From: Hyphomicrobium sp.
Lineage (GTDB): Bacteria; Pseudomonadota; Alphaproteobacteria; Rhizobiales; Hyphomicrobiaceae
Direction: 5' to 3'
Assembly: GCA_041659825.1 (NCBI GenBank)
Contig: JBAZXL010000009.1
Span: forward strand, 39,455 to 103,454
Length of the DNA: 64,000 nt
Shown here: piece after piece, positions 1 to 8,396 of the stretch
Layout of the letters: every line of letters begins with the position of its first letter
Position numbering within the stretch: the stretch's first letter is position 1
Notes under the pieces: generated by a model
What the model was told of the DNA's origin: nothing
What the model saw: only the letters and a program-made list of their open reading frames with translations
The model's database searches: none
Made by a program: the position numbers and the translations under genes

Positions 1-14
1 TGCGCGGCAACATC

Positions 15-848
15 ATGCGTTTGGAGCCGATCACGCCTGAGCAGAAGAAGATCTTTGCCGAACAGGCGAATGCTTCGGACACGTCGAAGTTCCGCACCCG
101 GGTTGTGCTGATTAGAGAGCTTGGTTCGTTCTGGGCGACCAAAACGATTGCGGAGCTTAACGAGCGCGGGGCGCGTTTCGTGGGCATCGGCGACGGTGCG
201 GCCGTTCACACCATGAACATCAGGAAGCTGAGCGAGCTTAAGGATGACGATCGTCAGAGGATTTCGGCGAAGTACAATATTGATGGCAGCGGCTTCCGAA
301 CGCAGGTGACGCTGCAGGGCGAGGATCGCCCGAAGGTTTCGCGTCTTTCGCTGGTGGAGTTCAGATCGCAGGGTCTGGATCTGGTGGATATCGGCGAGGG
401 CGACACGGTGGTGCGTGAGAACATCAAGTTCTTCGGTCCGTTTACCGAGGAAGACAAATCGCGCGCTGCGAATTCCGGGATCAACGCTGATCGCTTCGTG
501 ACCAAGTTCACGCTGGCGAACGGCAACGGCACTGTGCTCTCGACCACTGGCGTGGATGAGCTGAAGACGGCTTTGAAAGCCGTCAATATTGGGTACGACC
601 GCTTTGTGCCGGCGGCAAACATCGCGCAGGACAGGGTGGCCGCGTTTACGAAGGATGAGAAATCATCGCTTTCGCAGGCGGGCTACGATGTGCAGCGTGC
701 ATGGAAATCGTCCGTAGCGTTGATCAATGGCATGGCCTTGAGCCCTGCCACGCCGGAGCAGATCAAGCAGCGGTGCGAGAAGGCGTTGGGCACGTCGGGG
801 GGCGCAACGACAGCGCCGGAAGAGCCGCCTGAGCTGGGTATGGCGTAA
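15..848 (+). CDS. Protein with about 3.5 tandem ~70-aa LytTR-like repeat units; probably 5'-truncated by the window edge
   Basis: Recurring motif V-x-L..S..E..[FL]V-x-IG..V...NI (FVGIGDGAAVHTMNI, LVDIGEGDTVVRENI, VNIGYDRFVPAANI). The frame is open upstream of ATG15 (R-G-N-I), continuing the NI motif. Confidence 0.55.
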   Translation: MRLEPITPEQKKIFAEQANASDTSKFRTRVVLIRELGSFWATKTIAELNERGARFVGIGDGAAVHTMNIRKLSELKDDDRQRISAKYNIDGSGFRTQVTLQGEDRPKVSRLSLVEFRSQGLDLVDIGEGDTVVRENIKFFGPFTEEDKSRAANSGINADRFVTKFTLANGNGTVLSTTGVDELKTALKAVNIGYDRFVPAANIAQDRVAAFTKDEKSSLSQAGYDVQRAWKSSVALINGMALSPATPEQIKQRCEKALGTSGGATTAPEEPPELGMA

Positions 849-860
849 CTGTAAGGAGGA

Positions 861-912
861 GCAGAAACGGGGCGCCGCTTGCGGGGCCGATCGTCAGGCG
901 GCGCCTTTCTGC
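861..912. other. Intergenic imperfect hairpin (possible attenuator or processing site)
   Basis: GCAGAAA..GGCGCCGC (861-878) pairs with GCGGCGCC-TTTCTGC (898-912). Confidence 0.4.
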
Positions 913-933
913 CCCCAATGTGTGGAGGAAAAA

Positions 934-1464
934 ATGGAATACTTACGTTTGAATAAATCGATGAAGGTTCGCACTAGCGACATTCTGTATGTGCGCAAGG
1001 TGCGGGAAAATGAAGCTTTGGGGCAAGATCGGGATGGTCCGATTGATGCGCCGCGCAACGCAGCCGTGATCGTGCTGCGGGACAATAGCAAGGGTCGGAT
1101 CGTGACGCCGGTGTCGTTTGAAACGGTGATGGAGCGTCAGGGGTTTGTCGATATCGGAGCCAATCGCTTTGTGCCGGTTGGAAATGTCGAGGAGCTCAAT
1201 AGCAGTCCGGAGGAGTTCGAAGGCAAGCGCTATCGGGTGGTCTGGCTGAAGGGGTACAGCGGCGTTCTGAGCTCGATGGTTGCCTTGCATGTGCTGGAGG
1301 GGCGATTGCTCGATGCGCAGCGCAAGCAGGATCGCCTGGACGAGCAGGCTGCGATGGCGGAGCGTGTGAAGAAGAAACTGTTGAGCCGGGTGCGGATGCC
1401 GAAAATGAAGGTGCCGGTGGGGATGCACCAGATTTCGCACTTTGGTTTGGAAATGGCCGCCTAG
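934..1464 (+). CDS. Stand-alone LytTR-like domain protein with a C-terminal helical tail and no receiver domain
   Basis: RBS GGAGG at 924-928 before ATG934. KVRTSDILYV and GFVDIGANRFVPVGNVEEL resemble LytTR motifs and the repeat of the upstream gene. Confidence 0.55.
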   Translation: MEYLRLNKSMKVRTSDILYVRKVRENEALGQDRDGPIDAPRNAAVIVLRDNSKGRIVTPVSFETVMERQGFVDIGANRFVPVGNVEELNSSPEEFEGKRYRVVWLKGYSGVLSSMVALHVLEGRLLDAQRKQDRLDEQAAMAERVKKKLLSRVRMPKMKVPVGMHQISHFGLEMAA

Positions 1465-1500
1465 ATGGCAGGTCAGCGGGCTACACAGCCGCGCGCGCAG

Positions 1501-1540
1501 AAAGCCGCCTCTGGGAATGCCCGGGGGCGGCTTTCCCTTT
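1501..1540. terminator. Probable bidirectional intrinsic terminator
   Basis: AAAGCCGCCTCTGGG-AATG-CCCGGGGGCGGCTTT stem lies between convergent genes. Confidence 0.65.
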
Positions 1541-1582
1541 AAGTAGAGGCTCACCTCTTACCTTTCCCTGTTGTATTGAACT

Positions 1583-1612
1583 GGCCCCGGAGCAATCCGG
1601 GGCCTTTTTTTT
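1583..1612 (+). terminator. Rho-independent terminator
   Basis: Perfect 9-bp stem GGCCCCGGA/TCCGGGGCC, GCAA tetraloop, T8 tract. Confidence 0.8.
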
Positions 1613-1696
1613 CAGGAGGTGGCGGGGCAGGGAAAGAGTGCGGTTGGCGTTGCCTAAATGTGTGGTTGTGGCATGGCATCTTCACTAGTGGTCTGA

Positions 1697-2839
1697 TTAA
1701 ACCTCTTCGCCTGTTTCTATGTCGAGGCAGGAGGAATGATCGCAGAAGCTGTCGACGTTGCGGATATAGATGTTGAGCTCCACGGTTCCGGCCTGAACGT
1801 CGATTTCGAGGGTGCCGTACCCACCGTCGTTGTCCCACCAGTTGCAGCCGCTGAGCTCCTGATAATCGTCGGTGAGGGCGGTAATGGCGTCATCAAGGCT
1901 GGCCTGCTGGGGCATCACGCGGCTGGTCCATTGTCCGTCATCGAAGAAGCGCTCATTCTGCAAGTGCTCGACGGGGAGATTGCGAACGGCAGCATTACGG
2001 TCGGCGGGATAGTAGTCGATGTCGCCGATCTGGCCGCTGTCTCCGGAGCCGTCGAAATTGACGATAACGGTTTCGATGGCTTGATCGCGCAGGACCGGAA
2101 GCACGCGGCGCAGATTTTCCAGATAGAGGGTGGGCCTTTCCGTTGACTGAGGAGGCTGGGCCGGAGCCTTGGGGATCTCGATTCCGAGCAGCTTGTGAAT
2201 GCGCCTGCGGGTATCGGGCGAGGGTAGGCCGTTGTATCGGGTTTTGATCTGGGTGATGCGCAGCGGAGCTAGCGGATCATTGCCGAGGGCCAACTCTACG
2301 GTCCAGCGCTGCTTGTCGACGAAGACGGCAGCTATGGCGCAGGTCCCTGCCATGAGGCGCGCGTGATAATTGGCAACGCAGTGGCGCTGGCGCAGGCCTT
2401 CCATACCAAGACGGCGGCTGCTCTTGATAAGGTAGCCGGGGAATTTCGGGGGAAGGTGCTGTTGGTAAGCTGAAACGTCGTAGCCGACATTCTCAGCCGC
2501 CATGCGGCGGAGGGCTTCGGCGCGGGAGAGGCGTTCATGTTCGTCCTTCCAGCGCTGCGGGCTCCAGGCCAGGTTGAGGCGGCGGTTCTGGCTCTTGGCC
2601 ATGGCGATGACGTCGTGCACCGGAACGTTCTGGGCGCGCATGGAGAGGTAGCCGGCGGCAAATCCGACCAGCTTGCTTGTGTCCTGCGCAAGCTCGCCGG
2701 CATCGAGAACGAGATTGACGGTTTCATCGGTGATCTGGCCGGTGGTGAGCAGTTGGCGGAACGGCTGCGCTGCTTTGGGGGGCAGGGCGAAGAGGCGCTG
2801 TTCGGCCGTGAGCGGGGTGCCGTGAGATTTTTCCATCAT
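1697..2839 (-). CDS. PcfJ-like domain fused to a DUF6878-like domain
   Basis: EGLRQRHCVANY (PcfJ-like) in the N-half. FDGSGDSGQI...WWDNDGGYGTLEIDV (DUF6878-like) in the C-half. Confidence 0.7.
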   Translation of the reverse strand: MMEKSHGTPLTAEQRLFALPPKAAQPFRQLLTTGQITDETVNLVLDAGELAQDTSKLVGFAAGYLSMRAQNVPVHDVIAMAKSQNRRLNLAWSPQRWKDEHERLSRAEALRRMAAENVGYDVSAYQQHLPPKFPGYLIKSSRRLGMEGLRQRHCVANYHARLMAGTCAIAAVFVDKQRWTVELALGNDPLAPLRITQIKTRYNGLPSPDTRRRIHKLLGIEIPKAPAQPPQSTERPTLYLENLRRVLPVLRDQAIETVIVNFDGSGDSGQIGDIDYYPADRNAAVRNLPVEHLQNERFFDDGQWTSRVMPQQASLDDAITALTDDYQELSGCNWWDNDGGYGTLEIDVQAGTVELNIYIRNVDSFCDHSSCLDIETGEEV

Positions 2840-3189
2840 GCGGCCCTCCGTGAGTGAGCGCCGACTTTGGTGGCGCGGGACATCCAGGTTTCAGGCTGGA
2901 TTCTGGAAAGCCAATCGGCGACCGAGGGGATGCGGCCGCAATCTTCCATGACGTGCTGTTCGGCGACATAGCGGACGGGCACCTGTTTGCCTGCGGAATT
3001 GGTGATGGTGATGCCGAACACGCGCTCGGCCTCGAAAATCCCTTCGGCGTGATGGCGCAGCGCCCGGTGGCGGAAATCCGCGAAGCTCTCCTTGGTGGCA
3101 TCAAACCAATTGTGAATTGGAAGATAGTCCTCAGCTGTGCCTCCGAACAATTTGGCGGATGATACGGCATGGTAGTGGGGATGGGTCAT
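2836..3189 (-). CDS. DUF6915-like His-rich protein (117 aa)
   Basis: MTHPHYHA...IHNWFD...RHRALRHHAEG...EQHVMED. RBS AAGGAG before ATG3189; 4-nt overlap with the next gene. Confidence 0.75.
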   Translation of the reverse strand: MTHPHYHAVSSAKLFGGTAEDYLPIHNWFDATKESFADFRHRALRHHAEGIFEAERVFGITITNSAGKQVPVRYVAEQHVMEDCGRIPSVADWLSRIQPETWMSRATKVGAHSRRAA

Positions 3190-3437
3190 AGGGCTCCTTT
3201 TCTGCCGGAGCTCTTCTCGGACCTGCCCCGGGCTTTGCCCTCGGGGCAGCCCTTCTCGGCCTCTACAGACGTATTGGCTGTTGGTGAGCCATGGCGGATT
3301 GATGCTGGTGTCATTGAAATGTTGCAAAGCTGTGTGCTGAAAGTTTGAGCGCGCAGTGCCCTTGAGCTGCGCTTGATTTCTTCCAAGACTTCTCATTGTC
3401 TAGGGCGGAAGGCCTTGGTTTCTGGTCGGGGGTTGGC

Positions 3438-5081
3438 ATGGATCGCAGTGTTAAATGGCTTGTTGGGTCTCAAGTCGTGCTGCTCGGTCTCCTTATGGCG
3501 GGCGGGTATTTCGTCTATGAGCGCATCACAGCTCAGGACGCGGTGTTGCAGGAGCTGCAGCGCAAGCTTGATGCGTTGGGATCGAAGATCGAGGAGGCAC
3601 ATCTGACGGTGTGCAACCTTTCGCTGTCTTCGGTGCGGTTGAGTGTTGCTGTGCGGGTCAGTGCGTATCGCACGCGGCTGCGGAGCGGGCGTCTTGAAAG
3701 CGGCGATTGCGAGCAGCGTACCGTCTATCATCGGCCAGGTTTCGGCGAGATCTATGTGCACGGGCAGTCGGAACTCCATGACGAGGTTGGGATCGAGGCG
3801 AACAAGAAGGTCAATGCGTTTTTCGGTAGCGCGCTGCTTGAGGAAGACCGGGTGGTCTTCGAGAAATCGTACGATACGGTTTACTTTCATGGCACGGCCG
3901 ATGTGATTTATTGCAGCGCTGTGGAGGAAGGACCAAAAGGCCGGCCTTTTGCGAGCGATGAAACATGCGAGAACGGTGTGCTGCGTGGGTATGGGCTTGC
4001 CGCGCGGCCTGATGGTCAATCGCGGGCGTGGGGCTACGGGTTTGATATTCCGAACTGGCCGTTGCTGCGGGGGAGCGCCAGGTATCCGTTGCAGGATGTG
4101 AATCTCGCGCAACTGCAGCTCAAAGCGCTGCGGGATGCGATGGAGCGGCAGATGCAGGAGGCGGGGGAGTTGGGCGGGCGGACGATTGTCGGCTATCTCG
4201 GCGCGAAGATTGTCGACAGCAATTCTCCCTTGAGCCCCGGGGTCGAGATCGAGACTGCGATGGCCCAGGATATTTTCGGTGCCGTGCAGAAAATCAGCGC
4301 GGGCGACACCATCCTGGCGATCAACGGCAAGCCGGTGTTTGCGATCATCGACATCGAGGCCGAGATCCAGCGTCATGCCATGGATATCAAGCGCGGGATC
4401 AACAAGGCGATCTCGCTCAAGATCGTGGGCGCGGCGTGTCCGGAGACATGCACGGTGCCGGTCTATTATTTCTTCAACGAAGCCTATTCCGGTCAGGCCG
4501 GTGAAGGCGAGGCGATGGCATGGGGTGTGAGCAACGCGTTCCTTTACGGTCAGGCGACCTGGATCAGCTGCATAGGGAGTGAGTTTGGCAAGCTTGGTGT
4601 GAATATTTTGGGTGCCTTTTATGAAGTGTTCAACGCGGTGCGAGAGGAGCGGAAATTTGACAAGGGCAAGGCGGAGCTGATGAAGCCGCGGACCGCCGAG
4701 GAAATCGATCTGTGTGTTTGGGAAAACGAGCAGCGGGCGGCGTTATCGCGTCAGACGCAAAAGCAATATTACGCGCAGGCGGAGATGCTTGGGATCCTTT
4801 TGCCGACCGGTGTCGGTTCGTATCTGACCAAACCGCTGCTGAGGAACATGGGTAAGGGTGTGATCAAACGCGGGACGGGTCGCGCTCTGGCTTCGTCGGT
4901 GATGGCGGAGATGGTGGAAACGAGTCTTTGGAGCTTCAGCGCGGGTCCGCCGGGGCTGAGCTTGCAAGATCGGATGAAATCGGTTCGCAGCGATTTGCCT
5001 TATGCCGTGGGGTTTGGGGTCGCTGGGGGCACTTTGATGTCGGCACAGGCGAGCAAGGCGAAGTACAAGCGTCCTCAATAG
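3438..5081 (+). CDS. Membrane-anchored PDZ-domain protein of unknown function
   Basis: N-terminal TM plus coiled coil; PDZ-like GYLGAKIV..GVEI..AGDTILAINGKPV; Gly/Ala-rich hydrophobic C-terminus. The start at ATG3438 is inferred. Confidence 0.65.
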   Translation: MDRSVKWLVGSQVVLLGLLMAGGYFVYERITAQDAVLQELQRKLDALGSKIEEAHLTVCNLSLSSVRLSVAVRVSAYRTRLRSGRLESGDCEQRTVYHRPGFGEIYVHGQSELHDEVGIEANKKVNAFFGSALLEEDRVVFEKSYDTVYFHGTADVIYCSAVEEGPKGRPFASDETCENGVLRGYGLAARPDGQSRAWGYGFDIPNWPLLRGSARYPLQDVNLAQLQLKALRDAMERQMQEAGELGGRTIVGYLGAKIVDSNSPLSPGVEIETAMAQDIFGAVQKISAGDTILAINGKPVFAIIDIEAEIQRHAMDIKRGINKAISLKIVGAACPETCTVPVYYFFNEAYSGQAGEGEAMAWGVSNAFLYGQATWISCIGSEFGKLGVNILGAFYEVFNAVREERKFDKGKAELMKPRTAEEIDLCVWENEQRAALSRQTQKQYYAQAEMLGILLPTGVGSYLTKPLLRNMGKGVIKRGTGRALASSVMAEMVETSLWSFSAGPPGLSLQDRMKSVRSDLPYAVGFGVAGGTLMSAQASKAKYKRPQ

Positions 5082-5093
5082 AGCGGAGCGAAC

Positions 5094-5693
5094 ATGCGCA
5101 TCATGGTGCTTTTGCTGCTTCTTGCGGCAGGCTTGATGGCTTGGCCGGTCGCTACGGTTTTGGCGGGTCGATACCAGGACACTTTTCGCAAGGCGGCGAC
5201 GCCTGATCCGCCAAAGCCGCTGCCGGCCCCGGAAGCTCCGCCGCAAAAAGCGATCGATAATGCGGCCGAGCAGAAGGCGAAGAAATCGATCGATGATGCG
5301 GCAGGTGCCGCATCGCGCGGGAAGGCGGTAGCGCCGAAGGTTGATATTCCGGCTGATGTGTCGCCGCAGGCGCGCGACAAGCTGCTTCAGTCAAAGGAGA
5401 GTATTCGGCGGCAGGGCGCGAGCAACAAATCGCTGGAGGAGGTGCGGGCGCGGAACAAGGCGGCGGAGGAGAAAAGATTGCTGGAGCGGCAGCAGTTCAA
5501 GGAAAAGACACCGATAGCTGCGGCGCCGCAGGAGCAGAAGCTGGCTGCGCCGCCGGTTGAGAAGGCGGTGGACAAGGCAGTGCGGCCCAAAAAAGAGATC
5601 ACAAAGGAATTCAACCGGGAAGCGGGTGCGGTTGCATCGGGGCAGAAGGGCGGAAAGCGTGGCAGCGGGTCTGAGGAGGGCCCGACGCCATGA
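5094..5693 (+). CDS. Exported Pro/Ala/Lys-rich low-complexity protein
   Basis: Hydrophobic N-terminal signal (MRIMVLLLLLAAGLMAWP); RBS GGAG; lies 12 nt after the PDZ gene. Confidence 0.65.
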   Translation: MRIMVLLLLLAAGLMAWPVATVLAGRYQDTFRKAATPDPPKPLPAPEAPPQKAIDNAAEQKAKKSIDDAAGAASRGKAVAPKVDIPADVSPQARDKLLQSKESIRRQGASNKSLEEVRARNKAAEEKRLLERQQFKEKTPIAAAPQEQKLAAPPVEKAVDKAVRPKKEITKEFNREAGAVASGQKGGKRGSGSEEGPTP

Positions 5694-5711
5694 TGCAGCT
5701 TGCCGGGCGCG

Positions 5712-7118
5712 TCATACCAGAAGTTTGGCGGATGAGCGGGGCTTGCCGGTCTTAAGATCGGCGAAGGCCGGGATATCGCTGAAATAGAGCGTTTTCAGAT
5801 CGGGGTCGTCGTTTCGGATGACGCGGCGGGCCATGTTCTCGATGGCGGCCTCGAACGCATTGCGCGCGAAGCGGGCGTTTCCGAGATCGGGGGTGATGTA
5901 TTTGTGGGCCTCGCGGAACAGCGTGCGGAGTGCGGGCCAGGTATCGCCGTGCAGGATGAAATCGTTGTCGCGGCAGAATTTGTCGAAGATCTGGCAAAGC
6001 TCGTCGGGTGAGAAATCCGGGAAGGTGATCTTGTGGCGAAAGCGGGAAGATAGTCCGGGGTTGGAGGCGAGCAGGGCGTCCATTTGCGTCGGGATGCCTG
6101 CCATGACGACGATCAGGTCGGTTCTGCGATCTTCGATGAATTTGAGGATTGTGGTCAGGGCTTCGTCGCCGAAATCGTAGCCGCTGCCTTGGGCAAGGCT
6201 GTAGGCTTCGTCAATGAACAGCACGCCGCCAATGGCGCGTTCCAGCACGGCTTCGGTTTTGAGGGCGGTGTGGCCGATCCAGCCGGCGATGAGATCGGAG
6301 CGGTCGACCTCGACGACGTGGCCGCGGGAGAGGAGCTTGGACTCCTTTAGGATGCGGCCGAGCACGCGGGCGACTTCGGTTTTCCCGGTGCCGGGGTTTC
6401 CGACGAATACGAAGTGGTTGCTGCTGGTTGTTGTTGCGAGGCCTGCATCGGCGCGCCTGGCCTGGAATTGAATACCGGCTTTGATGGTTTCCAGTTGGGT
6501 CTTGAGGTCTGAGAGACCGATCAGACCCTTGAGCCGTGCATAGGGATCGTCTTCGGCGTCGGGCTCGTGGATGGTCAGGGCGATGTTGGCGTAATGGCCG
6601 CGGTCGTAGTCGTAGCTGGGATCCTGGGCTTCTTGATCGGCGGCCGCCGGATAGCCCGTGTCATAGGCTGCATTGTAGTTGGTGAAATCCTCGTTGGAAA
6701 CGATCTCGGCACAGAACGAGCCATCATCGGTCGGTTTGAAGGCGACATCGCGGAAGGTGAGGGGTCCTTTCTGATCGGGATCGGGGGGCGTGTCATCGTT
6801 GCTTGGTTCGTCGTGAGCAACGCCTGTGATCTCTGCGAGCTTGCGTGCGGCGGGCTGATATCCGGATTGAGCGGAGCGGGTCAGCAGCTCGATGGCTTTG
6901 CCGGTATTGGCAAGGGGGCAGCCTTTGCCGTCGTGATAGAGCAGGGCCGCGTGGTATTGGGCTTCGGCATCTCCGGCATCGGCCAGGCGGCGATACCATT
7001 CAAGGGCCAGGATATATCTTTCATTCGAGCGGCAATAATCGGCAAAGGCCTTGCGTTCTTTGGTATCTCCGACAATTGCACGACTCAAGAGAGTTTCGAA
7101 CTCTGTTGTCATGCGCAC
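5712..7118 (-). CDS. Sel1-repeat plus CbbX/SpoVK-family AAA+ ATPase
   Basis: Sel1 motif ALEWYRRLADAGDAEAQYHAALLYHDGKG; Walker A GNPGTGKT; Walker B VLFIDEAYSL; GNARFARN sensor region. Confidence 0.85.
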   Translation of the reverse strand: MRMTTEFETLLSRAIVGDTKERKAFADYCRSNERYILALEWYRRLADAGDAEAQYHAALLYHDGKGCPLANTGKAIELLTRSAQSGYQPAARKLAEITGVAHDEPSNDDTPPDPDQKGPLTFRDVAFKPTDDGSFCAEIVSNEDFTNYNAAYDTGYPAAADQEAQDPSYDYDRGHYANIALTIHEPDAEDDPYARLKGLIGLSDLKTQLETIKAGIQFQARRADAGLATTTSSNHFVFVGNPGTGKTEVARVLGRILKESKLLSRGHVVEVDRSDLIAGWIGHTALKTEAVLERAIGGVLFIDEAYSLAQGSGYDFGDEALTTILKFIEDRRTDLIVVMAGIPTQMDALLASNPGLSSRFRHKITFPDFSPDELCQIFDKFCRDNDFILHGDTWPALRTLFREAHKYITPDLGNARFARNAFEAAIENMARRVIRNDDPDLKTLYFSDIPAFADLKTGKPRSSAKLLV

Positions 7119-7142
7119 CTCTATTGTTTTGTTTTTTATGAC

Positions 7143-7171
7143 ATAATAGGGAAATGAGAAAATTATTGCAA
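7143..7171 (-). promoter_or_regulatory. Sigma70-type promoter of the Sel1-AAA gene
   Basis: Minus strand TTGCAA-N17-TATTAT in an AT-rich tract. Confidence 0.65.
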
Positions 7172-7298
7172 TAAAATCGAGAAATCCGGAAAAAAACTAA
7201 AACGGAAACAGCAGGGATCTCTGCTCTGGGCCCTTTCGGGCTGCGCCCTTGGGCGTTCCGCATTCGGGCTTTGGCAAGCAAGCAAGCGCATCCTTCAG

Positions 7299-7688
7299 TT
7301 AGGGGATGGGAGCGTGGGTATTGATGGCTTGGAAGGATGGGGTGATGCCTTTTGCTTCGAGGGTCTGGCACGCGCTTGCAAGCTGTTGGGTATAGGTCTT
7401 GGCGCGATCGCTCATGGCGTAGTCAGCATCGAAATGCTCGATGAGGTGGGTCTTGTAGAAGACGTAGCCTTGATGATCGCGGGTCATGTGCAGGATCCCG
7501 TGAAAGCAGGGTTTGACGTAGGCGGAGCGCACGTTGGCGAGCAGCTCTTGAAAGGCGGCTTTGCCGGTCTCGTTGAGGAAGCCGTTGACGGCGAGCTCCA
7601 CCAGCTTGAGATGCTGGGGATCGAGATCTTCGCCGTCGCTTGTGGCGGCTATGATTTCTATGGCTTGGTCGGTTGTCGGTTCGGTCAT
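7299..7688 (-). CDS. Hypothetical mobile-element protein (129 aa)
   Basis: RBS GAAAGGA; natural composition (DGEDLDPQHLKLVELAVNGFL, GYVFYK..IEHFD); co-oriented with the backbone. Confidence 0.65.
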   Translation of the reverse strand: MTEPTTDQAIEIIAATSDGEDLDPQHLKLVELAVNGFLNETGKAAFQELLANVRSAYVKPCFHGILHMTRDHQGYVFYKTHLIEHFDADYAMSDRAKTYTQQLASACQTLEAKGITPSFQAINTHAPIP

Positions 7689-7759
7689 GCGGATTTCCTT
7701 TCATTGGTTGGGAGAGGCAGGGTCAGAGCCAGAAACGGCGAACGATTGCGCGGGCGTGT

Positions 7760-8261
7760 TCAGGCCGCAGAGTCGAGCGGCGCGAGCGGGGTTCGCAAAG
7801 GAATGCCGGCGTCGATCGGGGCTTGATCGAAGTGCTGGGCGATGCGCTGAACGGCCGGGATGGTTTCTGGATAATAGCGCTGGAGCGAATCCCGGAGCAG
7901 ACGGTCGCGGGGGTACGGGCTGCTTTTGATGAGCCAGCAATCCGGCGTCAGGCCGTTATAGAAAATGAAGAAGGGGACGGTGCTTTCGCCGTCTTCCTCG
8001 AACCAGAGGCGCGATCCGTCGTAGGCGTGGCAGGTGGCGGGGAGTTCCGTGAAATACTGGGCGGCGAGCTGGTCGTGGACCCTGGTGCCGCCGTGGCTGG
8101 CGGTGGACACCTGCCAGAGCAGCGGAATGACGGAGCGGTCTTGGGCATTCTGGCCCCACATCAGAATCTCGCTGTTCTGAATGCGGGCCCCATGGGGAGG
8201 CGGCGGTGAGGGCGATGGTTTGAAACGTGCCGGGAATGACGATGGCGGGGGAGAGTGGCAT
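7760..8261 (-). pseudogene. DUF7007-like gene split by a 1-nt frameshift near 8185-8191
   Basis: Strong RBS AGAAAGGA at ATG8261 is out of frame with the STASHGG...WFEED ORF (7760..8161). Removing one C gives SPWGRIQ...VSTASHGG. Confidence 0.5.
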
Positions 8262-8396
8262 AGGGCGATCCTTTCTGGGTGTGGGCCTTGGCTCTCTCTC
8301 TCTGAGCGCCTCGGCGCGGTTCCCCCATTGATCGCGGCTCTTTCTTGTGGTGAGGCTTGTGATGCTATGGATTTTCGGGTTTGAGCGGAGCGCAGG

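Noticed and set aside
5712-7118. Calling the Sel1-AAA gene a known named defence system
   Set aside because: No effector or partner gene of any described system is adjacent; kept only as a hypothesis.
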